Source: Spirochaetia bacterium (GTDB lineage: Bacteria > Spirochaetota > Spirochaetia > UBA9216). Taken from it: DNA of 64,000 nt. The DNA is taken from positions 96,001 through 160,000 of the forward strand of contig CAXXYH010000004.1 of NCBI GenBank assembly GCA_963677925.2, given 5' to 3'. Of the stretch, positions 62,083 to 64,000 are shown in pieces. The position numbers and the translations under genes were made by a program. The stretch's first letter is position 1. Each line of letters opens with the position of its first letter. The notes beneath the pieces were generated by a model that made no database searches, was not told where the DNA came from, and saw only the letters and a program-made list of their open reading frames with translations.

Positions 62083-62928
62083 ATGAAGAAGACTAATTAC
62101 CACTCACATTTCTATCTCGACGACGGCAACGGAAAGCTTGAAGAATATGTGGAAACCGGCATAAGCCGAGGTTTTGATATACTGGGATTCTCTCCTCACG
62201 CTCCCCTGCCCTATGAAAATGAATGGTCCATGGCTCCTGAAAATATCGGAGTTTATGCCGGACAGGCATATGAACTCCAGCAGAAATACAAGGGCAGAAT
62301 TGAACTTTACAAAGGCCTGGAAATTGACTATATACCCGGCAGAATCTGGCCTGACAATCCCTTCTACAACCAGTTCGGACTGGATTACAGGATAGGATCT
62401 GTACACTCAATAGGTTGTGAGGATTCCGGGAAAGATTTATCTGTTGACGGTCCGGTTGAGGAGCTTGAAGAACTTCTTGAAAAGCAGTTCGGAGGCGATA
62501 TAAAAAAGCTTGTTAAAGAGTATTACCGGCTTGAAAGCAGGATGGTTACCGAACATAAATTTGATATTATAGGACACTGCGACCTAGTTAAGAAAAGGAA
62601 TACAAATAACCGTTTTTTCAACCCGGAGGACAAATGGTACAGGGACCTCGCTCTAGAGTTCATTGAAACAGCCGCCGGAAGCGGGATGATAGTAGAACTT
62701 AATTCCGGAGGGATAGCGCGTAATGCTACAACTGATTTTTACCCGTCAGACTGGCTTCTGGGGCATTGTTTTGAGAGAAACATACCGATTACAATTTCTG
62801 CAGATGCGCACAGCCCGGAAAACCTCGACTTCTATTTCACAGAGGGTGCGGAACTGCTGAAAACAACCGGTTACGGAGAAATTTATTTTTTTTCTGAAGG
62901 AGAATGGCGTTCCAATCCGATTTATTAA
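62083..62928 (+). CDS. Histidinol-phosphatase, PHP (HisJ/HisK) family
   Basis: NYHSH, HAP, GLEIDY, IGSVH, GHCDLVKK, SADAH. Confidence 0.85.
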   Translation: MKKTNYHSHFYLDDGNGKLEEYVETGISRGFDILGFSPHAPLPYENEWSMAPENIGVYAGQAYELQQKYKGRIELYKGLEIDYIPGRIWPDNPFYNQFGLDYRIGSVHSIGCEDSGKDLSVDGPVEELEELLEKQFGGDIKKLVKEYYRLESRMVTEHKFDIIGHCDLVKKRNTNNRFFNPEDKWYRDLALEFIETAAGSGMIVELNSGGIARNATTDFYPSDWLLGHCFERNIPITISADAHSPENLDFYFTEGAELLKTTGYGEIYFFSEGEWRSNPIY

Positions 62929-62930
62929 TC

Positions 62931-63764
62931 ATGACGGAACAGGAACAGCAGCAATTTAAGGCTCTTGAGGAAAGAGTTGAGTCTCTAAGAGGCTTAAAAA
63001 AGACACTCAGACGTAATTTTCAGGATATGGTAGGACTGCTGGTCATTACAATCTCACAGTCCAACAATTTCCTGGGAGGCCATATAAAAAGGGTCGCAGA
63101 ACTGTCAAAATCCTTTTCCGAATACCTGCGCTTTGACAAGGAAACAATCTTCAGAATCTACTACGGAGCCCTGCTCCACGACCTGGGGATGGTTGGGATG
63201 CCCCAGGAGATAGTCTCAGGCCGGGAAAAGGATCTCAAAGAAAGCGAGATTGCTCTTTACCGAAAGCATCCGCTGATAGGCGAAAAGATGATATCAACCG
63301 CCTACGATTTAAAACAGACAGCCAGAATAATCAGGGGACACCATGAAGAATACGGAGGCGACGGTTACCCCGACGGTACGGCCGGGAAGGAAATTCCAAT
63401 CGGTGCACGACTAGTGCGGTTCACCAATGACTATGATAATTATATTTTTAAAAATCAGATAAAGGCTTCGGATGCCGCTTCGATGATAAAGGAACAGGCC
63501 GGATATATTTACGATCCGTCGCTTGCCAGACAGTTTGTAGAATTTATCAAGCAGAATGTTGATAAGCAGGAAGCCGCAGACAGTGCAACTGCCATAAGCA
63601 TTGCTGATCTTCAAACCGGAATGTACATTGCTGAAAACATAGTTCTGCAGAACGGAATGCTGCTGATTCCGAAAGGCCTTGTACTTGATGATATAATGCT
63701 TGGAAAGATCCGTTCATTCGATACCCTGCTTGATCAGGACCGGAAGATAGCCGTTGTATTCTGA
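62931..63764 (+). CDS. HD-GYP domain protein
   Basis: HIKRVA, LLHDLG, HHEEYGGDGYPDG, IPIGAR; start ATG at 62931 preferred. Confidence 0.88.
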   Translation: MTEQEQQQFKALEERVESLRGLKKTLRRNFQDMVGLLVITISQSNNFLGGHIKRVAELSKSFSEYLRFDKETIFRIYYGALLHDLGMVGMPQEIVSGREKDLKESEIALYRKHPLIGEKMISTAYDLKQTARIIRGHHEEYGGDGYPDGTAGKEIPIGARLVRFTNDYDNYIFKNQIKASDAASMIKEQAGYIYDPSLARQFVEFIKQNVDKQEAADSATAISIADLQTGMYIAENIVLQNGMLLIPKGLVLDDIMLGKIRSFDTLLDQDRKIAVVF

Positions 63765-63799
63765 GCAAAATACGAACCTGGTTAGTTCGTATTCTGCTC
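63763..63799. terminator. Long inverted repeat between convergent genes
   Basis: GAGCAAAATACGAAC-N7-GTTCGTATTCTGCTC (15-bp stem, one mismatch). Confidence 0.55.
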
Positions 63800-63823
63800 G
63801 GGAGTTTTTTCCCTTTGAAGTTT

Positions 63824-64000
63824 CTATAATTTTATCAGGTCCAGGGCTGGCTTATAGTTCATGTCGAAAGCTTCAGCAACACCTTCACAGGCAAGCTCGC
63901 CCTTATAAGTATTAAGACCCTTCTGAAGCGGAAGGCTTTCAGCCAGCGCCCCCTCAAGGCCCTTTGAAGCAATCATCAGTCCGTATTTAAGAGTTGTACT
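63824..64000 (-). CDS. ald: Alanine dehydrogenase, C-terminal fragment (not in the ORF track; continues beyond the window)
   Basis: Hand translation STTLKYGLMIASKGLEGALAESLPLQKGLNTYKGELACEGVAEAFDMNYKPALDLIKL* matches the Ald C-terminus (GLNTYKG...VAEAF). Confidence 0.8.
   Translation of the reverse strand, partial: STTLKYGLMIASKGLEGALAESLPLQKGLNTYKGELACEGVAEAFDMNYKPALDLIKL

Noticed and set aside
63799-63813. CGGGAGTTTTTTCCC resembling the enhancer palindrome
   Set aside because: Single imperfect copy between convergent 3' ends with no promoter to act on.

Overview
A 64-kb, gene-dense, mostly housekeeping chromosomal segment from a spirochaete. The assignment rests on the flagellar collar gene flcA, the archaeal-type pyrH, the rplM-rpsI-recX-acyP order and 'FASGxxE'-type signal peptides. 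It contains an Opp transporter, eno, glnS, rimO-rodZ-lolA, a frameshifted uvrD/pcrA, tRNA-Leu(CAA), dksA/infA, an argJ-moxR-bat operon and a partial ald. I saw no transposase, integrase, prophage or CRISPR-Cas genes. The most notable signals are: (1) a two-unit array of tRNA-3'-end repeats behind tRNA-Leu whose variable segments keep their hairpin structure through compensatory changes; (2) a full-length ProRS-like protein with altered proline-binding and editing residues; (3) a complete sigma54 module with a -24/-12 promoter, a twin palindromic enhancer, a secreted Gly/Met-rich protein and a two-component system; (4) several apparent pseudo-enzymes; (5) a sigma28 promoter in front of an unknown gene; (6) recurrent leaderless-type promoters. 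All family assignments come from motif recognition by eye; no database searches were run.
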